From the human T2T-CHM13v2.0 reference genome, Homo sapiens, in assembly GCF_009914755.1 (NCBI RefSeq), contig NC_060931.1: a stretch of 64,000 bases of DNA; one strand, given 5' to 3'. The notes beneath the pieces were generated by a model. That model worked only from the letters and a program-made list of their open reading frames with translations, was not told the origin of the DNA and did no database searches. Positions 1 through 12,996 of this stretch are shown here, in pieces. The position numbers and the translations under genes are program-made. Position 1 is the first letter of the stretch; every line of letters begins with the position of its first letter.

Positions 1-206
1 CATGAGATATCTATTTAGCATCTTCCCAAAGGAGAGACTTCCCGAGTGTGTCCAAGACTGGGCCATTATTGGAGAGTGATGAAGTGATGATCCTTTAATA
101 CTATTCTCTGCTCCATGAATATTTCCAGATACTGACCTTGGTGATAACCTGCTCTTACCTAGACTTCCCATTTTTCCTACTCAAGAAAATTGAAAATGTA
201 ATAATA

Positions 207-540
<334 letters not shown>

Positions 541-550
541 AAAACAAACC

Positions 551-600
551 CATACATACATATATATATATAAATATATATATATAATATACATATATAA
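551..600. repeat. Imperfect (TA)n/(TACA)n microsatellite
   Basis: catacatacatatatatatataaatatatatatataatatacatatataa. Confidence 0.95.
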
Positions 601-1523
601 AACAAAACAAAACTAAATCAAGACGATGCCAGTGCCAAGGTAGAGTTGAGTTGGCTCAGGCACCTGCATCTCGCCGGACTTTGTGTTGCCTCATCTCTGA
701 GATGGGGAAAGTTTTTCCATCCTGTGGCTCTTCCATCAGTTCTTGACTTTTGGCTTCATGGTCTCTTGAAGACAGAGCAAACACCACCACTTGCGACCGC
801 GTCTTGATCCCCATCACTGGCGAGGATGGGGTGGTGAAGGGACAGTGGAAGGGGTCTGAGGCAGCACAGATGTAGAGAAGGAAGTGCCACCCACTGGGTC
901 AACGGGAGAGGACGCCACCCCTAACCAGTCATATCACAGGGTAACAAAGCCCTCAGTTCCTAGAATGTAACCAAATTATTGAGGCCATTTTCAGAATCAC
1001 TTCTTCTCCTGCTCTTCCTGTTCGGACTTCCTTCCCAGCCCACCAGCAACACACAAGGAGTGGAAGAGAAAACAAACTGAGAAGGACGTTTTCTCTTTGC
1101 TGCCAAACTTTTGGACCATGTTTCATAGGTGGGAAGGGAAGAGAACATGCTGAGAGGCAAGATCTGCATCAATGAAAGGACGCTTCGGTGGATGCTCAGA
1201 CAACCCAGTCTTACCTTCCAGCTGCCTTACACCCAGTGAAACAAGAGGCCACCCTGTCCCCAGCCGCACCTGCACTCCCTGGGCAGACTGGAGCCTTGGA
1301 GTCATGCTGTGATATGTGTGTGTGGGTGTGCGTGCATGTGTACTTTGGGCGGTTTCCTTTTTTTCTTTTCTACCTTTTAAATGGAAATACTGCATTATGA
1401 CTGTTGTCTCTCTTATCACTGTAGTGGTTTCATGGCCCCAGATAGAGGCCCAGAGACCTAGAAATTGTCATGAGGGACAGGCCTATAAGGGTGCCAATTC
1501 TGCAGCTACAGATCCCTGGAGTG

Positions 1524-1528
1524 GTGTG

Positions 1529-1568
<40 letters not shown>
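1524..1568. repeat. (GT)n microsatellite, ~22 units with one GC interruption
   Basis: Direct reading. Confidence 0.97.
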
Positions 1569-1569
<1 letters not shown>

Positions 1570-4500
1570 TGGATGTTTCTTGAGCGTGGGGTTTTATTGT
1601 TTGTGTTGTGTTTTTTTAAATTGTTTCTGGTATAGCTGAAATTTCCAGAGGGCAGAACCAAGAACAAAGCCACTGGGCCAGAGGACCCCCGTGGTTCTCC
1701 ACATTACAGCTCTGGGACTCTGCACGATTTAGTCCTCTAATTTTGGAAGTTCAAGACACAGCTGGGCACATAAGCCATGAGAGAAGAGGGGGAACACACA
1801 GTTCAGGAGAGAGAAGAAATGTTGCTCTGGTTGCTGTTGTACAAGAACATAAACCAACAAGACCTTCACTCCCCATTATAGAAGCTGTCCTTTGTCACTG
1901 GACATCTCCCCTTTCCCTAGGGGTGACCTCTGTACAAACGAAAGGAAGTGGGTCACATGCAGAGAGAGCACCTCCATTTCCCATGGGCTCAAGTTTGTAT
2001 GATATTGTGTAAATTAATGCAGAACTCTTGACTCTTTCCATCCTCTTCCTTTCCCTCTTGATATTCAAGGCCATGAATCCCAAAATAACAGTCTTAGTGG
2101 CTAGCACCCAAACAGAGGTGGAATAAATCCACCCCAGTGTCTCGGGCTCATTTGAGCAAATTAGCACTGCAGGTGCTGGCAAGCAAAGTCAGCCAGAGAG
2201 TTGTGAACGCTGTAGGGGTGGGAGTCTGCTGGAGTGGGCTGGAGCCGCTCACAGTCATCTCAGTGAGCCTGCTGGTGCCCAGCAGCCCTGGGGAGGCCAG
2301 GTGAGAATCCCTGAGCTGGTGTAGCCATGGTCAACTGTGTAGCAGAGAATCCCCTTGTTTCATAAACAAATATGCTTTGGGAGCTTTGCCAGGCACTCAG
2401 CAGCCTTTCTTCCACTGCTGTGTGATCTGTTTCATTTACACGTCTTCCAACCCATCTTCCTACCACTCTCCTCCTTTTCTCACCTACTAACCACTTACCT
2501 TCTCTCTCTTCTATCTTCCACCCTCATCTGCTCCTTTGAACTGCGTGTATGTAATTCATATCTGGATATGATATGACATCTGATGTGCATGAATGGGGTT
2601 GAATGTGGATCTCTCTGTATGTGTATCTCTCTGGTGCATTTTGTGTACGTTTGTGTCAGTACACACCTGCACACAGGTGTGGGTGCCCTACTCAAGACTT
2701 CCTTACCGGGGACTCTGGTCAGCTTCTGCAAAAGGTCTCATGTGTGAGTTCCCTGTGTGTGGGTGTGCTGGGCGATAGGGTAAGGTGTGCAACGGGAAAA
2801 GTTGTTAGCTTCCAGTTGGGGTTCTAAGGATTATTTTTAAAACAAAGGATTTATTCTATGAGAAGGGAAATAATTTTCAGGAAAACCCAGTTTTTCAATT
2901 GGGCATTTTATTTCTAATTTTCTTTGAAAAGTTAGATTTCTCCCTTAAGGGGAAGGGCATACTTGGGCTTAAGGAAAAGTGAAGAAAAGTATCTCAGATT
3001 GAGAGGCCTTTTGTCTTCCTTCCAAGCGTCCTGAAGGGGCTCTGCCGAGGAAGGGACAGACAGGTTCACAAGCATCCATTTGGGGGAGAGGGCTTGTCTA
3101 TGACCACACTGAAATTCCAGCTTTTTTCCAGTTGCAGGAGAGAGGGGAAAAATTCTAAATGGGGAAATTTGCTATGAACCATTTAAACTTTTTGTAAGTA
3201 ATCATGTTTGAGGATGCTGGCTCACAGACCTATCATTATTTATATCCTCTTTTTAAAAAAAAATCCCATACTTTCAATGAATAGATTATCTGCTCTATCC
3301 AATTATTGTCTTTGTGACAGACATTTAGCAAAGCTTACTGCATCCCTTTGAAACCTTGAGAGTTCCTGAAATGTTAGAAAGCTCCCAGGAAAGACGTAAA
3401 CAACCTGGGCTCAACTCACCAGCCCAGAGCAGGGGCTTTGAGTGACTTCTTTGATAGCAGGACCAGATAAATACGAACACACTTTGGGATCTGATCCTGC
3501 TGGGAAGCAAAAGACGCCCAGCCACATGACCAGGATAGAGGCCCCTTTCAGACGGCAAGTCCTGGCCAATGGGAGGACTTCTCAGGTGACCTTGATCCCT
3601 CTAGCATAAGGGCTTGACCACAGATTAAAACATGTGACTCCAACCAGTTACGGAAGCTTTCTGGCTGTGAGGTAGCTGAGGGAGATGAGGAGGAGGAAGA
3701 GAGGAGCCTTGACTTGTGAGGCTCTGTAGGTCAGACTCTGCTAACTCCAAATCAAAGTGGAACCCAACCTTATGAGGGCATTTAGGGTCAATGACCTCAC
3801 TAAAGTCACCAGCCGCAACCCCAGGTCAAGTTCAAACTTCTTACTGGCATATGAACATGTATGTGCTTTGAGCTCCATGCAAGTCAACCTTGAGCCTGGG
3901 GCCCATTGCAACTTTTATTTCCTTCCCTACTCTACTACCTTGAGATTCAGGAAAGTGAGGTATTCTACCTAGAGAGAGGTCCCATATCTTTTTCTCCTTA
4001 TTTTGGGAGTTACGGTTTCTTCTTCTGTTTCCGTTTCCTCTCTCTCTACTCACTCCTACTTTCTCCTGCATCAACTTTGGTCAATTAACATAGACAAGTG
4101 ATTCATCTGTAGAGAGGCTCCTAGACTCCAAGCAGCCCCCTTCCTTGTTCATTGTGGCTGTAGGTTTTATAAGGAGGTCTGTGGCTCCCTGGCATCAAAA
4201 TATGAAAAATAAAATCTGTGCCTGTTCCAGCTTCAATCCTCCTCCAAGCCTTAGCTTTTCAACAACCCTACCCTTTCAACTTCAGGGATCATGGAGTCAC
4301 AGAGACTGGACAACTCCTCCAAATCTAGACAAAGACTTTCTTAAGCGCCCTGAGCCCAGGTGCATATCTTCCCATCAGGGATGAGTGGTCCCACCTAGCA
4401 ATGCTTGCCTCTCCTGTGACAAGAGGGTAGGATATCCTAGGACTCTGAGACTGGGCCCTATATCTCAATATTCATCCACACTCATGATAAGATGCCGGAA

Positions 4501-4811
4501 ATGAATGCACTGTGTGTAGCTGTCTTGATTTAGTGGGAGGATGTGCTGCTTAGGTCTCCAAAGATGCCCACCTGGGTCAAATTCAGAATAATGAACTCAG
4601 GTACATCACCCAGAGGCATTTAGAATGGACTCTCTCTTCACCTGGATTATGTGCTGAGTGTTAAGTGATTTTTCAAATATCTGGGGGAAGGAGTGGGAAG
4701 AGATACACTCTGGTCATCCTTTGGTGTGGTTTGTGGGGGATACTTGGTTGATTCTTGTAGTTAAAGTGAAGTTGCTTTTCTGAAAATGTTCCCTGTCTTC
4801 AGGGGACTTAC

Positions 4812-4846
4812 CCATCCCAGGGGACACATCCATCCCAGGGGACACA
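4812..4846. repeat. Tandem duplication with 18-bp period (CCATCCCAGGGGACACA x2)
   Basis: Identical 17-mers at 4812-4828 and 4830-4846. Confidence 0.9.
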
Positions 4847-5674
4847 GCCAGCCCTTTCCAGGGAAATACGATGTTTCTGAGTGAGAGGTGATTTCAGTGC
4901 AGATAGGAAGAGCTGGTGCACACCAGCAGGGTTGCCTTCCATGCCATCTTCCAGCTGGTGTGGGATAGACTAAGGGGGCAGATTTTTAAGAACCCCACCA
5001 GAGTTGACATACACACGTGATTCTCGTGTCTGTCTCTCAAAGCTCTCAATGTCTGGGGCTGTGTTTGCCCTCTTTTCATTGATGCTGCCATGATGCAAAA
5101 TGTTTCTTAAACATTATTCCTGGTTCTTAGAATATGTGATTACTGAGTATTGGATTTCTTTCCTGAATAATAACTGCTCATTGTAGAAAATAAGAAAAAT
5201 AAAATACAAAAAAGACTACAAGATTTTTCATAATCCAGTCACTCTGAGGCATCTACCGCGGGCCCAATCCAAATGGTCATGACCTCAAAACTTCCCCAAT
5301 GAGTGCTTGTCTCTGGGTTGGCAGCTGGGGCCATGTGAGCAGTGTACACCACAGAACCGCACTGGTCTGCGTTGAGTTGACCCTGTGTTCCTGGCAGCAA
5401 GAGTGCAGGGCCCTGAGCCCCCAGAGATAGCAAAGAGGCCTAAAAGTTTAATGCCAGACCTTAGGGGCAGGATGGAGCAGGGCTAAAAGATGTCTCTTTG
5501 GGCCTGTCTGCCTGCTTTCCTTCCTTCCTTTTCTTTCCTTTTTTTTTTTGGTCAGTTGCCATCTCAATCTAATCATAGATGTAAGAATGCGGAAGCCAGA
5601 GTAACTCACTCATTAAGCTACACTTGTGTAACAGTTACTGTAAATTTCACTACAGCTCTGCACTGAAATGATTT

Positions 5675-5815
5675 GTGACTCTGGGCACTGTGTCTTCTCC
5701 ATACTTGAACTTCCTCATCTACAAAATGAGGATAAGTGATAACACCTTACCTCATGGTATATTAAGGGTGACAAAGAAATTGCAAAGTGATTTGCAAACA
5801 TGAAGTGTCATATGA
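5675..5815 (+). mobile_element. MIR-family SINE remnant in the 3'UTR
   Basis: MIR core ttcctcatctacaaaatgaggataa. Confidence 0.7.
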
Positions 5816-7005
5816 GTTATGTATGTTCTAATTATCCCTCAGAAGACCCCCCGCTGGAATGGAATTCTCACATCAAGTGTCTGTGCCTCGCTGCTGAAGG
5901 ATAACCCAGAGTGCAAGGTCATCTTTGTTGCTGAACAGGGCTGGACCTGTCGCACTTAAGCACACTTAAAGGATTCTATTCTTCATTCAGGTCCCCCAGA
6001 GAAATTGGCTCCTTATTTTTCTTTACCTATTCCTAGACTTCCTTTTGTCTAGAGCCAGTTTTGCAAAGGGCACTTTTATCCATCTCAGTTATTCCCAGAG
6101 GTGACAGAATGAGTAAACCATATGGGGCAAATAGCATATATGAGCTAAACCAGTTAACTGTTAACCAAGGCACATGGTCAATGCCTTAGTATTTTTTTTT
6201 TTAATTCTCCTAACGTTATTTCTAGCTGTACATTCCCAAAAGGAATGGGTGGAAGCAAATCAGATTCTGAAAGGTTTCAATGATCTTTCAAGTTTAGGAT
6301 GAGACCAAGTCTCAAGGAGCTGGGATCTTCTTTCTCTTGTCAGTTGCTGAAGCCAGTAGCTTCGTCAAAAACATATGAATTCATATAAGGAAGCCCTTTA
6401 GATGGTACATTCACTAAGACGTGTCTGGGTGTGATCCTGTTTGGGAAAAACAGAATCCTAGGTTCTAAACAAGAAAAGAACGCCCTTCCCAAAGGGTCCG
6501 CACACTTTCTGCTTTGCAGCGGATCAAGTGTCCTTGTGAGGGTGAGACTTCCTTCAAGGGAAGGGAAGCCATTGCTCTCTCTGTAGATAGAGCCCAGCTG
6601 GTAACGGGGGAGCCACCCAACTGCAGGGGGGTGTATGTTCAGGTGTGAAAAACAGAAAACTGGGTCTGAACATGAAGAGTTGCACAGCAGTAGTTCGAAG
6701 AAGCTGGCATCTCTTTGGCAAACACCAACCTCAGCAAATGCAACTCCTACACTTCATTCCCAAGGACCAGGTGTTGCTCCTTAAGGAACTCTGTATCCCT
6801 CTCTCCTCTCCAGAACCCCATTCCTCCCACTGGCTGAGCTTTTCCTTTCCTTTCCGGGTCACCCATAGACCCTCTCCGTCTGTACCAGTGCGTCTGTGTT
6901 GTGAGCGTGACGAAGCCTTTCCTGTGAAGAGCTTTCATGAACTCATTCTCATACTCCTTCCCCATTTCCACCCATGGTGTGACTGTTTTGCTATTCAAGA
7001 CTATC

Positions 7006-7066
7006 TGTAAAAATGTACAAATAAAAGTGAAAACTGAAAATAAAGGGGAGGGAGATTGAGATTAAA
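7006..7066 (+). terminator. Candidate internal (alternative) polyadenylation signal cluster
   Basis: TGTA at 7006 and 7014; AATAAA at 7020-7025 and 7039-7044; ATTAAA at 7061-7066. Confidence 0.6.
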
Positions 7067-8238
7067 CAAATGCAATGATGTAGCCCTTAGTTTTCTGAGG
7101 ACTTCTGTGGACGGCCCTAAAATCCTGAGTTAGGGTGGGATCTGAAGGGAGGGATACCATTGACACAGGAGGTTTTTTTCTGGTTGTTTCTCTCACAGTC
7201 ATCAGTGTCTGCTTAGAACTCTCTGTTCTAAAGGTTTTTCCCTGTAAAGTAGAATGCACTTCCCCCAAAATAAAAGTAAATCAGCAATGTTTGAAGGGTC
7301 ATGGCAAGGGTCATGACAAAGACCTGACTCTGGGGTGGCATGAGTGGCCCTGTCACCGGCTCACTCAGGGCCTTGGGGGAGTCTCATTACCTCACCTTGT
7401 CTCCACGTCTTCTCAGCCAAATGGGGATCAGGGGCTTCCAGGGCTCTGGGGGTGCGCAGTCCCCTTGTGTATTTTGCTGCTATTTCTAGAGAGACTTTGA
7501 GCCCTTGCTAGTGCGTGCTTACTGCATGGAGGTAAATTAGGAGATGTTTTCTCTCTGCTACTCCTGGCCTCTGCTTTCGCCCCTCAGAAAGTGACCTTGA
7601 GCTAGCAGCCAGTTTGCACTCAGAGTCCAGAGCCTTCTATCTACCGTTTCATTCTCAGATTCCTTTTCCCACCCACTTTGACGATCTCATTTTACTATCA
7701 GTCTCTACTGACTGAGCTTTGCTGCACTGGGCTGGGGTAGGAGAAAGAGCATCCAAGGAGATGATGTGTGAATTGCTTTGTAATTTATGACTCACCATAT
7801 AAATGTGGCTTGCAGTGTCAGAAGCAGGGAGTCTGGCCAAGGGTTGCTACCAAATAAGACTGAAGATGGTGGAGGCAGTGGTGGCGTGGAGGCAGTAGGC
7901 AGAAGATGTGGGTTGGGAGCAGAGGTAAGATGAACGGAGCTTTGGGAAGGACAGATGGCAGAAGCACCAGAAAATCCTCAGCAAGGCAGCAGAGAAGGAT
8001 CCTCAAAGCAGTAACCCTGAAGTAATAGGAAGTAGGAAAGAGGAGCAGGGATTAGGTAAATCTGCAGCATAAACAGCTGTCTCCCTGCAGGACTGAGAAG
8101 ACCAGCTGCCCCAGAGAGGGGAGGCACGTCGAGCTTGGCCAGTGACCCAACCCATGATTAGAGGCACCTTCAATCCCAACTTTCCTCTCCTCTGCTGGGT
8201 CACAGTGATGGAACCAGCTTCAGGAAGGTAGTATAGAC

Positions 8239-8562
8239 CAGCGTCATCCAATGGAACCATGATCCAAGCCACATATGCAATTTAAAATATTCTAGTAGCC
8301 ACATTTTTTAAAGTCCAAAGAAACAGCTAAAATCAGTGAAATTAATTTTTAGACTACATTTTAACCTAACATGTCAAAAATAGTATCACTTCAGCATGGA
8401 ATCAATATAAAAATTACTGGGATATTTTACATTCTTTTTTCCAAATGAAGTCTTCAAAATCCAATGTGATTTTCCTCTTAGAAAACATCTCAGTCTGGCC
8501 CAGCCCTATTTCCAGTGTTCAATAGCCACACCTGACTACTGGTTGCTGTATAGGACAGCACG
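8239..8562 (+). mobile_element. Near full-length MER33 (hAT-Charlie DNA transposon) in the 3'UTR
   Basis: Ends cagcgtcatccaat... and ...taggacagcacg; internal tctagtagccacatt and caatagccaca; ~324 bp. Confidence 0.85.
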
Positions 8563-10030
8563 GACTTAGGTTCTTCATTAGGAGACTGATGGGGGGGGTC
8601 CTTCCTGGTGGGTCACTCACTGCCATAGCTCTTGTCATAGCTGATGAAGGCAGGAGTGAGTCTTATTATGTTGGCCTAGAGTAGAAAGCACAGAGCTATG
8701 TCGAGGCTGCTGTCTCAGCCTCTGGAAGTTCTGCTTCACCTGCTTAGTAAGAGGAGATGACCACTCCTGTGGACTGCATGTCCCATCTGCCCCCAGAGGG
8801 TGTCGGCGCTGCCCCAGTCATGTCCCTTATGACCTGTCCAAGTCCTAGAGGCCAAAGCAGGTCATATTCTTCAGCTGCAGGAATGTCAGCTACTGCCTCC
8901 CACCCCTTAACCTGATCCCCTTATCATATAGTGGGGAAGGGGCAGGCAGGCCTTCTCTCTGTCAAGAACAAAGATCTCTACAACATTTCGTCACCTGGGC
9001 CAGTCACCTGCTAATATCATCTCACCAATATTTGGAGCTGTTTTCTGAATCCCTTAATTTTCTTAAATATTTATCTTAAAGTCAAATGCTATAAAGGAGA
9101 TACCCTGGGAAGGGCAGTGGCCACAGGCAGACTGGGTCTCCTAGGAGGTGGTGGTGTTGGTGACAAGTTCTACTTGGACTGGGACTCAACCCACCATTGC
9201 CTACCTCTCTTCCCTGCCTGGAGACCTTCCTTAGGATTGAAGAAACCTCTTTTGTTTGTGAAAAAGATAGGTATCGAGATCTTAATGGAGAGAACAGAAT
9301 AAAATGCAAGGAGCCAACCCCTGGGTATTCTCAAAGCATTTCAACGGTCAGTATAACAAGGTTTGATTGATTTAAAATATAACATTCTGAGCCCTGTGTT
9401 ACTGAGCAAAAATGAGCTGATTTGGTGAGTATGTTTTATATATGGTCATTAGACAGGGACCATAACTGACAAAACTCTCAAACGCCTGGAGTGTTTATGG
9501 CCCACCAGATTATTGCTCAGTCAATATAAATTTATTTACCTTTATTTTAATTTGCATAGTGCTTTCTGATTGGTCAGACAAGGAGTGGTGTGTACTGCAG
9601 GATTCTAACAATGCCTCTGCCCTTGGAGGCAGCAATTCCTGTGGTTATTGGTGCTAAAATAAGATAAAATATTATGTTAATTTGTTCTGATATGATGTGA
9701 ATAAATGTGTTGTTTAATCTTAACAAGAATGCTACATCTTATCAGATCTATTGTACTGTCTGTTCCTTCTCATAATTAATTAATTACAGGAAAGGCGATT
9801 CAAACCAGATCTTGAAACTATTGTGATGTTCTGAGAGGTAAATTTAACAGGGAAGTGGGAGGGGGGATGAAAAGGGAAATTGCCAGGTTCCTGTGACTTT
9901 GAAAGGACTGAGGAAGCAGAGAGCATTTGGGGACTTCACTGAAACTGACTGCATCTTGCAATTTTCTTTTTCGAATTGGCAGAAATATTGTATTTCCATC
10001 GATTGAAGAAAAACAAGTGTCTGGTAATTA

Positions 10031-10145
10031 ATTAAATGACTTGTTCATGGAAAAAATAAATAATCTGTCAGTTGTGGAATGTAAACTGATTAAACAATTA
10101 AATAAAGAAGATTATGTTGTGTGTTTTAAAGGATTGTGTCTGCTT
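10031..10145 (+). terminator. Distal polyadenylation signal cluster of TMEM178B
   Basis: ATTAAA at 10031, 10089, 10097; AATAAA at 10055 and 10101; then U/GU-rich tgttgtgtgtttt...ttgtgtctgctt. Confidence 0.75.
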
Positions 10146-12019
10146 AGGGGTAGGGAGCAAGATGGGGGTGGGTGGAGGCTGCAGTGTTTGATGGTGAAGG
10201 GTATTTTTCCCTCAGGTTCTGTATAGAAAAAAAGTCAATTATTATGTAGATAACCAGCTGAAAACTTGAATCCAGAAGAAAATAGATAGCAAACATTTCA
10301 ATCATGTGAAGGCCAAAGGTACATGCTTCGCATGTTGGGTGGAAGGAGAAAAAATGGAGAGGGATTCAGAAGAGAAAAAGAGGGAAACTGTTGTTCTTTT
10401 TTTCCTATTACTGGCATTAATAACTCTTTTTAAAAGACTTTATGAGATGCTGGAATGACTAATTACATTCTAACCCCTCAACCTGTTTCCCAGTTCCCAG
10501 TGAAGAGAGAAATTTCTCTCCTAGTCTTCATCAGCTTTGTCCCTAACTTTGAGTCACAGTTCCTTTCCACACATCTACCTCTTCAAAGGTTTGGGCTCAC
10601 ACCTGGGTGGGAGGCTAGGGGAGGAGGGAAGTGGACTGGAGAAGCAAGTGCTCTGTAAAGGGTGGTGTATCTCAGCCAGCATTTACAGTGAAAGAAACTG
10701 GCTGTGTCTGATATAAGTGGGAAAGTAATTTACTGATGAGACATGGGTAGCTGGAAGCCTGTAGGAAGGAAATCAAGAAGAAACGCGTGGCTGAGCAGCC
10801 AGAATCGCATCTCATGCTGATCTGGACCCTGCAGTCACCGCTGCTGGACTCTGGGCACCACAGCTCACCCGGCTGCTGCTACTGCCCTGAGGCCGTATGG
10901 CGCTGCTTCTGCCGCCACCTCCACCAGGATGAATCCCCAGGGCCCTTCCTCTCTCAGGCAGTAGCTCTGGTGTCAGAATCCCACATGGGTGCGCCATCTA
11001 AGGAGACTGAGAAAACAGGTTTAGGGTCTTTTAATCTTCTCTCTTGAGGGATGAGCCCTGCCTCCCACCAAGATGCATGGAATAGACAATTCCCCAAACC
11101 TAGATCTGGGCAGCCCGAAAGAAGAAATGTCCATTAGAGGTGGGATGGCTGAGGGAGAGGAAGGATACCTGAATGAGAGGTATATTGCTGCATCTCCGTG
11201 TGGTAGATCTCTAGGGTGGCCAAGTGGGTGTGACATAAACCATGACAGTGATTAGTGTCGTGGCTAGTAGCCTCTGTGGAAAGATGGGCACAGTGCTGGG
11301 CCTTGCACAAGAAGACCTGCGTGGATTTACTCTGATATAGAGTAATATCAGCTGTGGAACTTCTTTAAAAGGGGCATCCTGGAGGTAACAGAGACAGTAA
11401 AGCATTTAAAAAGTAAGTGCAGGTGAGGGCAGGTGACTTATAGAATAGATGAGGGAAGGGTTTTACAAGTGGAAAAGAACTTGAAGAAATGGGAGAGCCC
11501 CACCCCACCTTGATAGTAATGTCCCTTAGAAGAGAGAAAGAATGGAAATACCACTGATCTTAAGAAGTGAGCAAGACTTTCCACCCTTGCACCTTCCAGG
11601 GAAAACAGGTGGAATTAAAGAGTGTCTGCCCCAGCCCGGGCAGGGGTGAGTAGGATGGGGAAGACGTTCTCACCAGACCCTGGGACTTCTATGCTGCAGC
11701 ATCGTGACCTGAGGGGTGGATGCAGTTGCCAGCAGCTCTTTGAGGCAGAAGGCCCCGATGCTCTGTGGACAGCCTCAGGTAAGCCACAGGAGACATTCTG
11801 TTCTCCTTTTTCCAATGCAGCACCACTTTGATTTCCGTGTCTCAAATGAATTATGCAGCCCACAGAGTTTAGCAGAGACCTGGGTTTGTGGGAAACACAC
11901 CTACTCCTCCTCACCTTAGCTTCAGAGCTTCTGGGCGCAAATGTTCCTAGTGAGAGCTGTTAAATAATTGCAGACAGGCAGTTCCAAGAGCCGTAACCAA
12001 GCCCTCAAAATACCCAGGG

Positions 12020-12280
12020 TGGTTCATAGAGGGCAGTCTCCTCCAGGAAGCCTTCCTCCCTGAACACCCACCTGGGCGAAGAGCTCTTTCCCTAACCCTG
12101 TGGCAGCATGCTGTGTCTCTCATGGTGCTTAGCACCTCTGGATGAAAGTATTGCTTTCCTTGGGATCCTCGCAGGCACTAAGCTGTCTTGAAGCACAGGG
12201 ATTCTGACTTACTCATCTTGGTATCCCAACAACTAGCAGCACCTGGTGAGCAGTAAGTGCTCAACAGGTGCTTACTGGTC
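12020..12280 (+). mobile_element. L2 3'-end remnant
   Basis: cacctggtgagcagtaagtgctcaaca-type L2 tail. Confidence 0.6.
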
Positions 12281-12351
12281 TGAACCAAACTAAAGCCTTC
12301 CCCCATCCACCTCCACAAGTGGATTCTTGGTGGCTGGTATTAAATTCTTCT

Positions 12352-12996
12352 TTAGAGGTCCCCAAGACCACGCTCGGATTCAATGATTTGTCTGAAGGAC
12401 TGACAGAACTCAGAAGAGCTACTATACTCAGGGTTATGGTTTATTACACAGGAAAGATACAGATTACAATCAGCAAAGGTAAAGGACACATAGGGCAGGG
12501 TTCAGGGGAGACCAGAAGCAAGTGTCCAGTTGTCCCCTCCAGTGGATTTCAACGGACAGCACTTAATTCTCCCAGCAATACTGTGAGAAAACATGGAAGA
12601 AGCATTGGCAATCGGGAAGCTCACCTAGCCTTGATGTCCAGGGATTTGTGTGTGTGTGTGTTTGCGGGGGGCGGTGGGGGGGTGGTGTTAGTCACCTAGG
12701 CATGAAGTACCTATGTGGCTAACCTTAGTTACTCAGTCTCCAGCCCTGTCAGAGGTCAAACTGATGACCCATGGCCAAGGTCTCCACCATAAGTCACATT
12801 GTTAGCATCAACTATCTAGCATGACCCAAGGTACAGCAGGTGAACAAAGGCATTCTCATCAGGCAAGGTATTCTAAATGATCTATGGAGGTAATTTAGAA
12901 GTGATCTATCTCCAGGAGCCAAAGGCCAGAGCTCCCTTGGGATGGGCAGAGTTGGGGTAACCCAAGCCCAGAGCTGAGTCAACCCTCTACTACACA
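12352..12996 (-). mobile_element. Solo LTR, MER77/MER21 family
   Basis: ggtccccaagaccac...gaaggactgacagaactcag...tatggtttattaca...ctactacaca. Confidence 0.75.

Larger units (their letters stand above)
541..10130 (+). other. TMEM178B: Long 3'UTR of TMEM178B (~9.6 kb); end approximate
   Basis: Follows the stop codon, is repeat-poor, and ends at a dense ATTAAA/AATAAA cluster with a downstream GU-rich tract; consistent with a recalled ~10 kb mRNA. Confidence 0.75.

Noticed and set aside
541-10130. Individual miRNA seed matches (for example miR-124 TGCCTTA at 1223 and 6182)
   Set aside because: Expected by chance in 9.6 kb without conservation or CLIP data
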